From: Geosiphon pyriformis uo1
Taxonomy: Eukaryota > Fungi > Glomeromycota
Assembly: GCA_016748015.1 (NCBI GenBank)
Contig: JAAOMT010000112.1
Coordinates: 1 to 64,000 of the forward strand
Direction: 5' to 3'
DNA: 64,000 bases
Part shown: piece by piece, positions 23,163-36,479 of the stretch
Position numbering within the stretch: the stretch's first letter is position 1
Layout of the letters: each line of letters begins with the position of its first letter
Program-made: the position numbers and the translations under genes
The notes under the pieces: model-generated
Databases searched by the model: none
Told to the model about the DNA's origin: nothing
Seen by the model: only the letters and a program-made list of their open reading frames with translations

Positions 23163-26100
23163 CTATATACCAAGATTTCTTATTACAGAGACATCACACA
23201 AAAAACCAAAATCAGATCTGATTAGACATAAATATAGCCCAAAACACACATAGATACCTAGCCTGAAACCAAACTCCCAGATCGTCTCAGTAGATCATGA
23301 TAAAGACAAACCAGATACTGAAGGAATAGAAGAGTCATCACATGGCAGGAGATTATGCTTTTCATAATAAAACCTTAACTTAGCCACAGACAACCAAATG
23401 GCAGACCTGTGTCTTTCAGCAAAATAACAAATGAAATTAACAACCAATACACCTTCACCAGATTCAGCACCCAAATGGCCCAATGTGTCAACCATCCAAC
23501 TTTTCAGCACAAAACCCTTAGCCAGTGCAGTGAACAAGTCCATGAAAGAAGCAGCCTCAATCAGCAAATTAGTGACTGCATTCCCATTGGCAGAAGTGTT
23601 TAGTAATATATTCTACTCTAAAGCAGCATTAGACAATAAAGTATCCTGAACATTGACATTACAAATACAAGAAAAAATGTGATCAGAGTTCTCTACTAAA
23701 CCATACTGAATACAGACAATGTTTGGATAATTCGGGTTATACATTTTTTTCTTTTTGGCAACTGGCAAACAATAATAGAATGTCTTTATAAAGTAAGATT
23801 GAAGTGTCGCTAACACAGTATTAGTGTAGCTAGATCTGATTCTGCTATTAAGATGCCAAACACAAAAAGTCTTGGTTTTATCAAAATAATTACTGAGACT
23901 CATACTAATAACGCTACCAACACATTTGGCCTTTCAACCAACAGATTGAACAGCATTGAATAATATTTTAACAACATAACAAGTGTTTTTGAAGACATGT
24001 CTGCTCTCAACATTAAGAAAGCAATAAGGTACCACAAAAGACAGAAAGAATCCAGAGGCAATAGTTGCATCAGCATAGAAATTGGCCCATTCATTTCCAA
24101 CAACATCAGAATGGCCTTTGACTTTATTCTAAGTAACTGACAAACTTTTTTTGGAAATGACATAGCAAATATGTTTCTTCTTAATCCAGTATTTGTTGTA
24201 AAAGTCAGGACCAGTCATACCACCAGCAAATTTGCACATGTTTAGTAAAGCTTGGCTGTCTATATACAAAACAACAGACTGAGAAGTGGGCATACACTTC
24301 AAAGCAAGTGCAATAGTCTGCAGTTTTACTAGAGTTAACGACAACAACCCATTCACTTTAACTCTAATACTAATGTTCACATCTGGAAAATAGGTGGTAG
24401 TACCATCACAAGCACCCACCAAACCCAAATTTTTGACAGAACTATTTGTGTAGATGGTTATAAAGTCAAATCTGGAATTCAGTAGATGCTTACCAATGTA
24501 ACCAAAGTCACAAAGAAAGTCAGTGGGAACAAAACAAAAAGACAACAACACACTATTTGCCAAGCCACTTTCAACAATAAATTTGACCAAAGAAACAAAC
24601 CAGACAAAAACTGGGCCTCTAAGGTCCAGCTTCTTCTATCTGCAAAAAGTATTCCATGTAAAACACTTGCCATAGCAGTTTAAAAGCTGGTTTACAAACA
24701 CAATACTGTATTTTTTAAGAGACTTCACTATGCCCAAATAAGACTCAAAACTGAGCATATCTAAAACTGCAATACTATTCCCAGTCTAAAAAACATCAGG
24801 CAGATCACTGTTCAATGATAAGTTACACAACTTGAGAGCACATGTTACACCAGCCAAAAAGCAGTTTGCAGGATCAACCAGTAACTCAATTGGAAATTTA
24901 AGAGGGTGTCAGAGCATTCAGCTTGTGGTCTACAACTCCATGGCTCTGTATTTGAATAATTCACCAAGGATTTTGTCAACATTAGCAAATTTAACCAAGC
25001 CAGCCAGCAGATTCTCAGACAGTACTTGCTTAAAAGTTCTTAAGTCATACAGCTCTGGATGATACAAAGCTTTATTTGGAAAGTTCTTGGGCAGATTGGT
25101 CTTGAGCTTCAAATCCTTCCTTAATATTTTGTCCCACTTTTCACATACACTCTTGAAAACACAACTGAATTGCAGTCTATAACCAATTATAGACTGTAAT
25201 ATAGCAGAAACCAAATATAAAAACTGCTTTTTAGTAACAGCTTTCCTTAAAACCACATTTGAAAAGAACTTGATATCTGAATAAGCTTTGGCCAAACTCG
25301 GCTTAGACAAGCCATTCATAGAAAAAAAGATCTATAAGTATCAGTAAAACTCACTCTTTTTTACAATGGAGATTTCTGAATCACTAATAGATAATAAAAC
25401 ATCTTTGGCCTCTTGATTAATAGGAATGGCAACCATTTTGTCTGTGTTAATAGCAATGTCATTGATCAAAAAAAATTCACTCACAATGTCTAAAATGTGT
25501 TGTGTAGCCACTAGGCAGTTTTCAACCCAAATAGTATCATTCACAAAGGCACCAGTTGCAAAAAAAGAAGTTTTGCCAACCTTAAGGTTAGCCCTACCAG
25601 TCTTAGTAAAAAATTTTGAATTCAACCTATATCCACACAGATGTTCATGCTTTTTGACCTCACAAAACAGAGAATCATAGAAGATTCTTCACAGCAATGG
25701 TGAAAAAACTTCCTCTTAATCCAACCCATTATAAACAGTATATCCATCAGTAAGTTTAAAGTTTGTTATCATTCAGTTGGTCCGACCATTGTGTATGTTT
25801 CCAAAAAATTTTATAAAATGGAGGCACATCTTAATCCTAACTAAACTGTTCTACAAATAAAGCTATTTGATTGAGTTATAAGCTTTTCACATATTTTGAA
25901 GAACCAGTCATAGCTCCCTGCTTTTTTCAAGTACATTCTCAATAATAAAGCCAATGGTAAAAATTGGAGTTTAAGTAGACGTACTTTTTAAAACTAAGAA
26001 ATTATCACTACAAAGGACATTAAATTTACTGTATGCCAGAGATATCCTGTCAGAAAGAACTTTAGACAATATCTTCCTGGTCATCTCAACCAAAGCTATA

Positions 26101-27852
26101 GGCCTGGTATTGGTAAGTGTTCTCTTCCAGTCATACAGCTTTGGTATCATTGAAATCTAGGCTTGCCTCCATTGTAGGAGAACTGCACCTAACTTTAAAC
26201 ACATATTAAGAATATTCAACAAATTTCTCAGAATCTAAGCATCTCCATGTTTTCAAAGCTCATTAGAAATACCAAAAATGCCAGCAGCTTTCTCATTAGG
26301 CAGTTCTTTGACCACCAAGAGAAACTCATTTGATCTAATCACATCTATAACATCTGAGAATGCACTATTACTGACATAGTTCAAGAAAGCATATTGATTA
26401 GACCAACAATCAGGCAGAGAGATAGGAGCAACTTATTTCCTTGTCCATCCTTCCATGATATTATTAATGGCAAATTTAACTTCTTTGGATTTTAAAATTA
26501 ACTCATCATCCATTATTAGATAATCCAACACTACTTTCTTAAAAAGCCATTCCAAAACATTTTTGATCATATGTTCTTTATTGGAACTGAAGGTTTCTAT
26601 GCACTTGTTTATTGCTTTCCTAATCAAAATGTCTCTGGCTACTCTAGACTCATAGTATTTGGACTTCTGGTATGATTTTTTGACTCCTGATAGGTGTTGA
26701 AGAATGTTCTCCCTGCTTTCACCATTATTAAACATTATGTATGCTTTGGAGGTTCTTTTACTATCAAGAGTGAACCACACTTTAAAGAGACAAACAGCTT
26801 CTAATTCCTGATTTAAGCTCAAACACTTAACTAACTTGGCCACCAACAATTTCAGCTTAAAAAACTTTAAAGACAGCTTATTTTTCGGACAATTAAACTC
26901 ACTAAACTAGTGTCTAGAAAACACACTATTAGCTAAGCCTATAACCACTTTCTTGAGAATTCTCCATATAGCATTCAAATTTCTATCATCTTTTGTATTA
27001 TTAAATATATTTATATTTTTCAAGAACTTGTCTAATGAACATTCCCTAAAGTGTAACCACTTATCAGCATCTGCATTCTTGATCTTTGAATTTTCACTTA
27101 TCTTTATTGGTCTGTTTACACTTACCATTGAGCTGGACATTCAAGAGACTGCCCAGTCTAATTGAAACCAAAACAGCATTATGATTAATGTTAAAAAAAT
27201 CAGAGACAGGAGTAATCTCATGATCAGCCAACATAGACAACAAATTTTTGCTCATGAAAATGTAGTTGATAACTTTTACGACACCCTGGGAGTTGCTTCA
27301 AGTGGAAGCTCTGACCAGAAAGTGTCCACTAAAGGAGTTGACCAACTCCAAATCCGAATAGAACTTATAACTAGCACTTTTTCTAGATCCATTTTTATTG
27401 AAATCACTGCTGAGAACCACAAACATGAAGAAATTAGCAGCCTTGGCAATAAAGAAGTTGATTTTGCAAGCTTGGCCAAATCTGGTTTTAGCAAAAGCAC
27501 CTGCATATAGACCCAAAATCACTACTAACAATTTGCCCTTAAAAAGAAGCTGAACAAAAATAAGACAATTAAGAATTTTTTTAATCTTAGAAACATAACA
27601 TACAAGAAAATCATTCATAATAATTGCCATCTCAGCACCAAGAAATCTTTTGTCCAAACCAGAAGAGAATATTTTTACTTCATCAAACTTGTTTATAATC
27701 CAAGACCTAGCTTTGGACTTCAACTTTGTTTCTGTAACAATAGACACCATACATCCAGAATCTATATGCCACTGAACAATGTCTTTTTGCTTGGCAAGAA
27801 CATTGATACCACAAACATTGCATGTTACAATTTTCCAAACCAGATCTATCAT
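23163..27852 (-). pseudogene. LINE ORF2 of copy C
   Basis: ORFs 27298-27852 (TCNVCG, SDFN), 25341-25625 (AFVNDTIW), 24930-25319, 24129-24590 (RNase H IYTNSS..DSQ), 23613-23903. Confidence 0.85.
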
Positions 27853-28979
27853 TGAAAAAGATGCACAGCAGAAATCAAACCAGCATTGTCAATTTTGGCC
27901 AAAAAACCCATAACCATGATTAAAAGATTGTTCAAAGTTTTTTCTATTTTAGAGACAACTGAAAAATCAAAAACTGCCACTTCTACAATAGTCTTATTAC
28001 TAGTGACCACATCTGAACTCTTACTTATCACTATATCTGCTCCTTGATTTTGTGATAAAAGGATTACCAATGGCTAATATCCAGAACTAGGCTGGAAAAC
28101 CATTGGCCTAGGTGAGTCCAATCTCTTAACCAACTTGTCAACACATTCCACAAGGCTAACAAATTATGCTCAAAAGTGGCAAACTTATTATTTAATTCTA
28201 CAGACACCATCAGGGTAGATTTTATCTCTGAAGAGGAACTAAAAGCAGTTGTGTTATTGTATACATGAAGAGAAGGGAATGAAAACCCACCAACAATGTT
28301 GGCCCATAAAACACCATTAAAAGACATGGGACAGAAGATTGGAGCAAAGCATTTAGCATAAATGGAAACCAGTTTGCTTTTATTATCATCCAACAATATC
28401 CTACAAGTTGTACCACTAGGAGAAACATTCTCATCCACAGAACAACTTAGAGATGTATGACCTAAATTCCTACACTTAACACACTTAGCAGAACTTAGAT
28501 AAAATCAATGCAGATTAGCACCTTTTAAGACAGGTGTAGTTTCCATAATAGCATCAATTGAAGCAGCAGAGTCAAAACAAACAACAACACACTTGGCCTA
28601 AGCATATATAACAGGGTGTTGATTAATAACACATGTTTTTCCACTCACAGAGCCAATAAAGTCTCAGATATCATGAGCATTGGTACCCACCAGCAGTGTA
28701 TAAAGCAAAGCCCTATGCTGATCTCTTGCATCTCATGATTCTTTGTCTGCATTAGTCTTGGCCACTTTCACAGCATCTTTCCCAATTAAGATAAACCATT
28801 TAGCTGTGACCAAATCAGCCTGATCTGATTGGGCAAATTCAACCACAGTCTTCTGTCATAGTCTTACCAATTGCATCTTGATTAACACAACAGAACTAAA
28901 TTCAGAAAGTGCAGTTCACACAGCCTTAGCTGAAGTTCCAACCAGAATTTTTTTTACCACCACAGTCCAATCTGAATGA

Positions 28980-29849
28980 TGTTATAGGTAACTAGTCTGG
29001 TGTTGAATTAAATAACAAACCCATAACTTGGTGCTCAAATCTAGTTGCAGTTGATAGTAATCTGAAGATTTGTGTCTGAAAGGTTTGTATCTGAAGGGTT
29101 TAGTTGAGTTCTTTGTATAATGAACAGAGATTCAATGGTAATAGTTTTATCCATAGCTTCCTGAAACCGCAGTTTCATTAATTTCTTTTTCAGCTTGATG
29201 GCCAGTATTCCTCCTGGTAAGCTATCTTCAATCAAGTGTTCTACCCTTATTTCTGGGTCTTTTACCAGTCACATTTATCTTAACATCAGTACCCCATGCG
29301 TTAATCCTCAATAGAGTTAGTAAACAACAATAAAATCAAAGCAAAAAATAAAGAAAAGAAAAGAAAATAAAGAAAGAAAAGAAATAAGCCAAGGCAATTT
29401 GCAAGTTAGTATTCCGTCAATAGCCATGATCAAGAGCTATTGTTTCAGTGTGGTTAAGTATCGATTACTATCAACATGAAGTGTTGATAGTGGCAGCAGG
29501 TTTGAGATAACAAACAGTTATTTATTTGTGGTTTGGAAAGTTGTCCAGATGAAATCTAAACTGAGAGGTTTGTCTTTTTAGTTTTTAATCTTACTGCTAT
29601 ATATACATAATTGAGATTTCTCAATTCCTCAATTCTTTACAACAGGAATCCTGGGATTCCTGGAATCCTGCAATTCTTTTGAAAGGAATCCTGGAATTCT
29701 GGAATCCTGCAATTTCTTATAAGAATCCTGTAATTCCTAGAATCCTGCAATTCCTGAGAGGAATCCTGGAATTCCACATTTTACTATATCTACTTCTAAT
29801 TGGTTAATAACTATGCTAATATATATTCCCTATATTTCTATGAGTAATA
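28980..29849 (-). repeat. 3' LTR
   Basis: TGTTAT...GTAATA (decayed TG..CA termini); aligns to 38342-39181. Confidence 0.9.
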
Positions 29850-29864
29850 TTATTCCCTCTTTTT
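29850..29864 (-). other. Polypurine tract
   Basis: Minus strand AAAAAGAGGGAATAA immediately before the 3' LTR. Confidence 0.8.
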
Positions 29865-30522
29865 AATATTGAGCTCTGTTGAAATCTAACTCTGTTAATT
29901 CCCCTTTTTGAAGTATTTCCTGAATTTTATTTTCGAGAATTACTTGTGTTATTTGAGTCTGTAATTCTTTAAATTGAGCATTGGTGATCTTTCCTAATTG
30001 ATTACTGGTAACCATATCCATTGTTTTGTTGAGTAAGATTTCTGGTCAATTTTGAAATGCTGTGTGTATTTGGTACATGACTCGGGCCTGTGTAGATAAG
30101 TTGTTCTTTCCCAAAAAATGTTCTAATTGTTGTAGTATTCTTGTGTTGAATAATCGCTTTGTTTTATCCATATATAGATTCTGGATATTCAAGTATTGTT
30201 CCAAGTAAAAATAACAATAGTTTCTTGGAAATTGTTGTATCCACCAATTCCAAGTTTCTTTAGTCAACTCTTGGTATAGTGATTTTTTTGTCGACTCTTT
30301 AATTGCTAATTTTACTTTTTTAATGATTTTGTCAACAGTATTTTCTGTTTTCTTCTGTGTTTTATGTGGTGATGTTTTTTTAGTGTCTTGATATTGGATG
30401 ATTTGTTAATTAATTGTAATTTCCATCTCTTGGTGTTGAATCAATTGAAAGAGTTGTTGTGCTAGTAAGTAAATGTTGTCTGTAATTTCCATTTTTCTGA
30501 TATTTCTTGTCACATCTATCAT
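29863..30522 (-). pseudogene. Extra ORF3 of the Gypsy element (~219 aa, unknown function)
   Basis: ATG at 30522 to TAA at 29863 in one frame with only two internal stops (TAA, TGA) that revert by single transitions; includes ORF 30046-30267. Confidence 0.65.
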
Positions 30523-30549
30523 GTCTTTATATATTCTTTGATAGATTAA

Positions 30550-31900
30550 TTTAATGTGTTGTTGTCAATGATAATGATTGGTTCCAGATCTCATGGAATT
30601 TTCTCTGGTTGGACTAGTATCTTCTGTACTCCTAATTGTGGAATATTACTGGTGGATAGTGGTGTGATGTTGTGATATGATTTCAGTCAATCTCCATGTG
30701 CTGCTTTGGTTAAGATTTTGTTATCCAGTCTTAATTTGTAAGCTCCATTCCTTAGAATTTCTTCTATGTGAAATGGTCCATCCTATTTGGGATCAAATTT
30801 TCCACTCCATTGTTTTTCCGCTTTAGTACAATGTAAGAGTACTTTGTCTCCAATCTTGAATTTAACTGGTTTGTCTGGTAGTTGATTATTATGTCTTTCT
30901 TTTTGTTTTTCTTGTGACTTTTGTATATTATCAACTGCTTTTTTTCGTTTGTTTTCCAATGTTTCTATTAAGTCATATGTTCTTCTTAACAATGTTTCTT
31001 GGAAATTCTCTTCTGTTATTGGTTCAGTTAGATATGTATTAACCTTTATCTCAACTGGTAATGTTGCTGTTCTACCATATATCAATTCAAATGGTGTTGC
31101 TTGTGTGGTGTTTTGTTTCATTGTCCGATAAGCAAATAATACTGATAGTATGAACAAATTCTATTCATTTTGGTTTTCTTGGCTGAGTTTTGCTATTGCT
31201 TCACACAATGTTCTATTAAATCTTTCAACTAATCCATTGGTATGTGGATAGTATAGTGATAATAGTGGTCTCTTAATTCTGAATCTTTGGCTTAGTTCTG
31301 CTAATGTTTTATTCACAAAATGGGTTCTTTGGTCTGATAATAGTTCTTTTGGACATCCATGTTGACAAATCAGATCTTGATAGATGAATTTGGCAATAGA
31401 TTCTGCATCCACTTTTTGAATTGCTTTGGCTTTTGGCCATTTAGTAAGATAGTCCATGACTATTGCAATATATCTGTTGCCTCTGTTGGTAATTGTCAAT
31501 GGTCCAACTAAATTAATTCCAATACAGTCAAATGGTTGTCCCACTTTGATTGGTCTCAATGGTTTGCTGGGTCTTGTTCCTCCTTTTCTTTGACAAGCAT
31601 CACAATTTTGCATATATTGAATGATGTCTGGATATATTGATGGCCAATAGTATCTCTTTCTGGTTCTTTCCATAGTTGCTTCTTTATGAAAATGTTCTGT
31701 AGTTGGATCTGAGTGCATATTGAACAGTATTGTCTCCTTTTCTGGTTCTGTAATTACTCTGGTTGGTTGATCTGAATCTTTTCTATTTTTTTGATAAAGT
31801 ATATTTTGGTGAGTGATAAAATATTTAGATTGTTGTTTGATCCTCTTTTGTTCTAGTTGAGATAATTTCTCCTTGAATTGTTGAGTATTTATATAATGTT
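30550..31900 (-). pseudogene. Integrase (HHCC, DDE core, GPF/Y)
   Basis: HSDPT..HF...CDAC, GINLVGPL, SDQRTHF, PHTNGLVERFNRTL, TPFELIYGR, KFDPK*DGPFHI. Confidence 0.9.
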
Positions 31901-32049
31901 GAAGTTGTTGATATTTTTATGTGTTCATTTTTTGTTATATTTTCATGAGTATTGTTTTGGCTTTGTTATATTTTTGGATTGAAATGTTCTTAGATTTGTC
32001 TTATTTGCAATAAACCATCAGCATTTCCGTTGTTTTTTCCCTTTTTATA

Positions 32050-33300
32050 ATGTATAGTATAAGTATATGTCAAAAGAGCCATTTTTTATTTTAACTGTCT
32101 TCTGTCTTCAAATTCTTGTTTTTGGAGTGATGTCAATCTTTTGTGATCTGTGTACACCTCAAACTTTTGGCTCAAGTATTCTTTCCATTTCATAACTGCC
32201 CAATAGATTGCTAGATGTTCTAATTCTGGTGTTTCATAGTTCTTTTCAGCTGGAGTCAAATCTCAGCTGGCATATGTGACTGAATGTTCTCTTCTATCCA
32301 ATCCTCTCTGAGATAGTACTGCTTCCAATGCTTGACCTGATGCATCAGTAGTGATAATGAATGGTTTACTATAATCTGGATAGATCAATACTAGAGCTTA
32401 AATAAGCTTTCTTCTTAAGATGTCAAATGCTTCTTACTGGGTTTCAGTCCATTCATACTTTGCATTTTTGGTTTGAAAATTATTAAGTGGTTGTGCTATC
32501 TTTGAAAAGTTTTTTATGAAGCGTCTATAATAGCTTGTGAATCCCAAGAATGATTTCAGCTTGGTTACATTGATTGATATTGAAAAGTTCTTTACTATTT
32601 CTATTTTCTCTGGATCTGTTTTTATGCCATCTTTGCTAACTATGTGTCCCAAGAATTTTAGTTCTGTTTTGCCAAAAAAACACTTTGTTGTATTTAATTT
32701 TAATTCTGTTCGTCATAGTCTTTCAAACACTTGTTGGAAATGACATAGATGATCATTGAATGTTTTTGAGAACACATTGGTGTCATCCAAGTATACAACT
32801 ACTAATTTCCACAATAAGCCAATATACACAATTTTCATTAGCCGTTGAAATGTAGCTGAAGCATTGGTTAAGCCGAATAGCATAACTTCAAACTCAAAGT
32901 TTCCCTCTCTTGTAGTGAATGCCATTTTTTCTTTGTCGGCTGGATCCATGGCTACTTGTCAGTACCCACTATCCAAGTCTAACATTAAGAACCATTTGTT
33001 TTCATCAAAAGTGTCAAATAGTTCTTGTATCTATGGAGTTGGATAGCTGTCTTTATGAGTTACACCATTGAGTTTTCTGTAGTCTACACAAAATCAGATT
33101 TTTCTATTCTTCTTATGGATGAGTACTACTGGTAACAACCATGGGCTTATTGATGGCTGAATTAACTCGTTGTCAAGCATTCAGTTGATTTCTTGACAGA
33201 TGATTTTATGGCTGGCTAGTGGTACCCTATATGCTTGCTGTTTGATTGGCATTGTATCTCCAGTCTTGATCTGATGCTGAATAATATCAGTTCTGCCAAA
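32050..33300 (-). pseudogene. Gypsy reverse transcriptase and RNase H
   Basis: FCVDYRKLN, MLFGLTNASATFQR, VYLDD, FLGFTSYYRRFI, TDASGQALEAVLSQ. Confidence 0.9.
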
Positions 33301-33822
33301 TTCATTTTCACTGGCAAAGATGTTATTGAAATTATTGAGTATCATTTTTAGTCACATTTGTTGAAGTGGGTCTAGATTTTCCATGTTTATCTGTTTCAAT
33401 TGTTCTGGCTGTAACAGATAATATTTGTTTTGTCCATAGATGGTTTGTGATGTAATGTCCACATATCTACAAAGCTGTGGAAAATCTGGAATACTGCTTG
33501 GTGCTTGATCTTTAATTTCTGTGGTTAAATATCTGAGAGTGGTTCTTTCTGGTATCTCTACAACATTTCCAGTGTTGTTGTAGATGGGAATTTTGATATG
33601 GTTATGGCTCTTGGCTGGTATGTGTAGATTGATAAGTCCAATTTCTCCTGATTCACAAAGAGTTGCTTCTGCTTCAAAAATTTGTTCTTGCTCCTTCTTT
33701 CTCCTTTCTATTGCTAACATGTATTGGCTATATGGTAGAATGGAAATTGTTTGACTGGTTGAGATAATTTCTCTTTGGCCAATAATTTTTTCCTCTACCA
33801 TATTGACTGGTACATCTATTCT

Positions 33823-34248
33823 ACCCATTGATCCAAATCTTTGTATCCCTCTTGCTGTTATCCCTAATTCTTTCCTATTTCCCACTAAAACTAACTGAGC
33901 TATTTTTACCAGAGACAGGAATATTGCCTGTGCTATTCTTTCATTTGGCTCTATAACATAGGCCTTTTCTGAGTCATTTTGTAGCATAGCAATTATATTT
34001 TCTACATATCTTGCATTAATTATTCCTCCTCTGATGTTTATTCTCTTTTTCACTAAACTACTTCTAGATGCTAATTGAATTATTGTTGTTGCTGAAATTT
34101 CCAGTGTTATTTTCAGATCGATGCAAGTATGCGAATTGGGTTTCAATTTGATGGCATTTTTTCTTGGATATCTTAGATCAAATCCTGCATCAGTATCATG
34201 CACATGTTCTGGCATGATATCTTCATTATTATCACTGAACCATTTCAG
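33823..34248 (-). pseudogene. dUTPase domain within pol
   Basis: All five trimeric dUTPase motifs in order: AGFDL, SRSSL, GGIINARY (from GxIDxxY), RIAQAI, RGIQRFGSMG. Confidence 0.85.
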
Positions 34249-35517
34249 TTCTTGCTCCTTGGTGAGATTAGGGAGTGTGATATATTGTTTGTAGTTTAAA
34301 TCAGAGTTTAAATCTGAGTTGGAATTATTGTCATTATTATAGCCATTTTGAATGGAGCTGGAATTGTTATTTTTGTTATCATTATTGTCAGAGTTTAAAT
34401 CGGGATTGGAACTCGATTCCAATTCTGATGTGTAGCTGTTGATTGGTTCTTCTTCAGGGATCGTGTAGATCATGCGTGGTAGTGGATTGTAGATAAGATC
34501 ACAATCATCACAGAATTAAAAGTTACATGGAATCAAACAGTGGTCACATAATTGGGTGTTGATTTTTTTTAAGCATTGCTCTTGCTCTTCTCTCATGGGT
34601 GCTAGATTCTGATAGTGTTCATGAAATTCTTCTAGGCTGTTTTCTAAGTCAATAAAGATGTTTGGGTTAAGAACCAAAACAATGTCTGTTGGTTCTAAAG
34701 GGTTATTCTTGATCTTCAGAATTTTATTGGACAAAGTGCCTTTTACTTTAACATTGGCCATTCACCAGATCTTATCCTCGTCGTGTGGATAGCTGTCTAG
34801 GCGGAATATAGCTTGGTGCCATGCTGCTATAATGGACATATCACAACTTACCCAGTTGCTAATGAGGATTGTGTATTGGCACAAAGTGTCACACGTTCCT
34901 CCTCAACCAGGAATGTTGTTCCACATTTCTTCATCGAGTAATTGTTTGCCACAAACAAAACATGGTTTGTTGTCCCACTTGCTTTGTTTTTTTGGGTAGC
35001 CATATTGTTCCCTATGGCAGAGTTTGCAATAGTAATGGGTTTGTGTCCAGTAGTCTTTGTTTAGTACTACCTAAGCTTCCATTGAGGACAGTTTCTTTCC
35101 ACAGTTCTTGCATTTGAGAGGTATATATGGCAGCTCTTTTATTGGTTCATGTGAGTATTCCCTTTTCCAGTCACTAGTTATTTCTTCTGCAGTGGTGGTT
35201 TCTTTAGGTATGTTTTCTTCCCTTCCTTTTCCTTTTTCCTTGCTCTTTTCTTCCCAATCTAGAATTGGTAGCATCTCGCTTTAGTTGTTGTTGGTCCAAG
35301 CATTAATGGTGGCTTCTCAGGTAGATTCTTCTCTTTGTTTCTTCTTTCTATTGTTATTGTTGTCCCAGGTGAGTATTGGTGGCAGTTTGTTGTGGTTGAT
35401 GTCGGCCCACAAGACTTGGTATGCTTCCCAGATGGGTTTCACTTTTTCTTCCTCGAATTCGATAAGTGGTGTTGATGGCATAGCAATGGGCTTGAAATGG
35501 CCACACATGGTAGGTAC

Positions 35518-35900
35518 TCATGTGTGTTGACCATTCTGGCTAAGCTGGAGCTCTTGGGTGTTCCAATCTAAGGTTGTGTTGATTTTGAACAGCCAGTTGT
35601 TCCCAACAAGTGCTTGGTATTGAGTGGCTTCCATGATGAGTACTTTGATTGGTACTATGAGGCTGTTGACTTCTATGGGAAAATCATCAATTTCTCCAAT
35701 AGGTGTTTTGGTCACTCCATCAGCTGTAATAATCCTGGCACTGGCAGCATGATCAACTCGGCAACCTAATTGATCTATAAGTTGTCTTGTGATGATGCTG
35801 CCAGCTGATCCACTATCTAGGATCAGTTTGATGAAGTGACCATTAACTTTCACATTAGTGTACATCATGGTGATGGGTTTTTTCTCAAGTGCTACTTCAT
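35518..35900 (-). pseudogene. Aspartic protease
   Basis: LILDSGSAGSIIT active site and ALVGNNWL motif. Confidence 0.9.
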
Positions 35901-36479
35901 TGAACAAAGATGGGTTGATGGTTTCTTCCAATTCAAAAGGAAAGATGGCTGCGAGAGATTTGTTTTTAGTAATCATTGCTGGTGGAATATTGTTGATAAG
36001 TGTTGTTTGGGGTGGGTTGAATTCCAAGTTGTTGATAGTGGCATCTTCTGGAATAACCAGGAGACTTAAATAGTTCTGGGAATTCAGATTTTGGGTGGAA
36101 CCAGTACCCGAATTCTGCTATCAAAAGCCTGATGATTGGTAAGAAGAGCTGAAGATTGGTTGATAAACAACCATCGCTGATCTCCAGTTTTGAGTGATTC
36201 TAGGTCTTAAGTTTCCTGATGTTATTTGAGTGGAGTTTTGGAGTGGTGTTTGAATTGGTTGTTGGGGCTGATAAATTATTTGGGGCTGTGGCTGATAAAT
36301 TACTGGTGGTTGCAGTTGATAAATTGGAGGTTAATATACTGGCGGTTGATAGATTGGTTGCTGCGTCATTGGCAAGTAAATGGTTTGATATTGGTTTTGA
36401 TTTGGGTAGTAATTTTGAGTCTGAAATCTGCAATTGGGGTTTCAATATTGATTTCCCAATCATGAATTGTTGCTATAAA

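Noticed and set aside
29863-30522. Envelope gene call for ORF3
   Set aside because: No signal peptide, furin site or transmembrane helix is visible; kept as unknown ORF3
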